In this document: positions 62,691 to 64,000 of the stretch, in pieces
How positions within the stretch are numbered: position 1 is the first letter of the stretch
Layout of the letters: the number at the start of each line of letters is the position of its first letter
Assembly (NCBI GenBank): GCA_963843555.1
Contig: CAWJKV010000007.1
Coordinates: 96,001 to 160,000 of the forward strand
Length of the DNA stretch: 64,000 nucleotides
Source: an uncultured Methanosarcinales archaeon
GTDB lineage: Archaea; Halobacteriota; Methanosarcinia; Methanotrichales; Methanotrichaceae
Reading direction: 5' to 3'
The notes under the pieces: model-generated
What the model saw: only the letters and a program-made list of their open reading frames with translations
Told to the model about the DNA's origin: nothing
Database searches by the model: none
Program-made: the position numbers and the translations under genes

Positions 62691-64000
62691 TTACTTCTTT
62701 TTGGAACCGGAAGTGAACGCCGCTCTTGTCCCCGAATTGAGCAATTCATCTGGATCCAGATTGCCGAAAAGGTGAATGAGCTCGGCCACAAGCCCTGTCC
62801 AGCCGGTCTGGTGGTTCGCACCCAAACCCGCTCCGTTGTCTCCGTGGAAATACTCGTAGAACAGGATATGGTCGCGCCAGTGAGGATCGGACTGGAACTT
62901 TTCGGTCCCGCCGAAAACAGGCCTCCGGCCATTTTCGTCCTTTAAGAAGATGCGTTCAAGGCGATCGGCGATTTCTTTGCTTACCTCGAAGAGATTCATC
63001 ATCTTTCCTGAACCTGTCGGGCACTCCACCTTGAAGCTATCTCCATAATAGAGATAGAATTGAAGAAGCGCTCTCATGAGAAGGATATTTACCGGGAACC
63101 AGATTGGCCCGCGCCAATTGGAGTTTCCGCCAAACACGCCGCTGTCCGACTCTGCTGGGAGGTAATCTACCCTGTATTCCTTGCCTTCCAAGTAGAATAC
63201 ATAAGGATGCTTCTCATGGTACTTGGAGAGGGAGCGTATCCCATAGGGGCTGAGAAACTCATCTTCGTCAAGCATTTTGGTAAGGACCATCCTCAGCCTC
63301 TCCGGCTTCAGCAGGGCGAGAATTCCCCTATCAGCTACGCCAAGATGTTCAAGTCCCGTGGGATGGATTGATTCCATCAGTTCAGGCATTTGTTGCATGC
63401 GCTCGCGCAGGTGAGTCATGACACGGGGGATGCGATCCCTTTGCCACTTTTCAATTTGAGTTGTCGCACATAGGGGGAGAAGCCCAACCATTGATCGTAC
63501 TTTCAGCCGCTTGGAACTGCCGTCTGGAAGTCGGAGGATGTCATAGTAAAAGCCGTCTTCCTCGTCCCACATCCCTTCCGCACCCGGCCGGTTCATGGCT
63601 GCGGCGATCCACACGAAATGATCTACGAACTTCTCGGCCATTGCTTCATAAGTGGAGTCGTAGCTGGCAAGCTCCATTGCGAGTTCGGCCATATTCTGGG
63701 AGAAGAGGGCCATCCAGGCTGTGCCATCTGCCTGCTCCAGGTATCCGCCGGAAGGAAGAGGAGCGCTTCGGTCGAAGACGCCGATGTTGTCGAGTCCCAG
63801 GAATCCGCCCTCGAACACATTTTTGCCAAAACGGTCCTTGCGGTTCACCCACCAGGTGAAGTTCAGCATCAGCTTGTGAAAGGCTGCCTTCAGGAAATCC
63901 ATGTCCCCCTCTTCTTGCAGGGCCTTCTCGGTGCGGTGGAGGAACAGAGTCGCCCAGGCGTGAACAGGCGGATTCACGTCGCTGAAGTTCCACTCGTATG
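62691..64000 (-). CDS. GH63/MGH1-like glycoside hydrolase (5'-partial)
   Basis: NPPVHAW, GGFLGLDNI, GGNSNWRGP and EYFHGDNGAGLGANHQTGWT motifs. Confidence 0.92.
   Translation of the reverse strand, partial: YEWNFSDVNPPVHAWATLFLHRTEKALQEEGDMDFLKAAFHKLMLNFTWWVNRKDRFGKNVFEGGFLGLDNIGVFDRSAPLPSGGYLEQADGTAWMALFSQNMAELAMELASYDSTYEAMAEKFVDHFVWIAAAMNRPGAEGMWDEEDGFYYDILRLPDGSSKRLKVRSMVGLLPLCATTQIEKWQRDRIPRVMTHLRERMQQMPELMESIHPTGLEHLGVADRGILALLKPERLRMVLTKMLDEDEFLSPYGIRSLSKYHEKHPYVFYLEGKEYRVDYLPAESDSGVFGGNSNWRGPIWFPVNILLMRALLQFYLYYGDSFKVECPTGSGKMMNLFEVSKEIADRLERIFLKDENGRRPVFGGTEKFQSDPHWRDHILFYEYFHGDNGAGLGANHQTGWTGLVAELIHLFGNLDPDELLNSGTRAAFTSGSKKK

Overview
Archaeal methanogen DNA, most consistent with Methanothrix/Methanosarcinales (mer, an fpoO-like gene, DUF2111, oapABC-type genes, argG, leuA). 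Bases 1-35 kb are mostly housekeeping genes. Many carry single-base indels that look like assembly errors. A decayed integrated element at about 15.7-21.2 kb contains a HEPN-like gene, an intact ISH8/IS4-type IS with 18-bp terminal repeats and a 10-bp target duplication that splits an Hfq/Sm-like gene, and a tyrosine-integrase remnant. Bases 35-64 kb are an accessory island: three DUF1269 copies, two Hsp20s, a USP, an ABC1/UbiB kinase, a squalene/phytoene synthase, a Tes-like radical SAM enzyme, SHOCT, CMD, DUF2173, a kinase-less protein with about 9 PAS domains, arylsulfatase, BASS, MFS and GH63. The strongest signal is a promoter architecture repeated before 10 transcription units of this island (plus one degenerate copy): TCATA-N5-TCATA-N4-TATGA, exactly 8 nt, then a CAAATA(T/G)CTATAAAT BRE/TATA-like element. 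This points to an uncharacterised activator-controlled regulon whose regulator is not encoded in the window. All family assignments come from motif recognition, not database searches.
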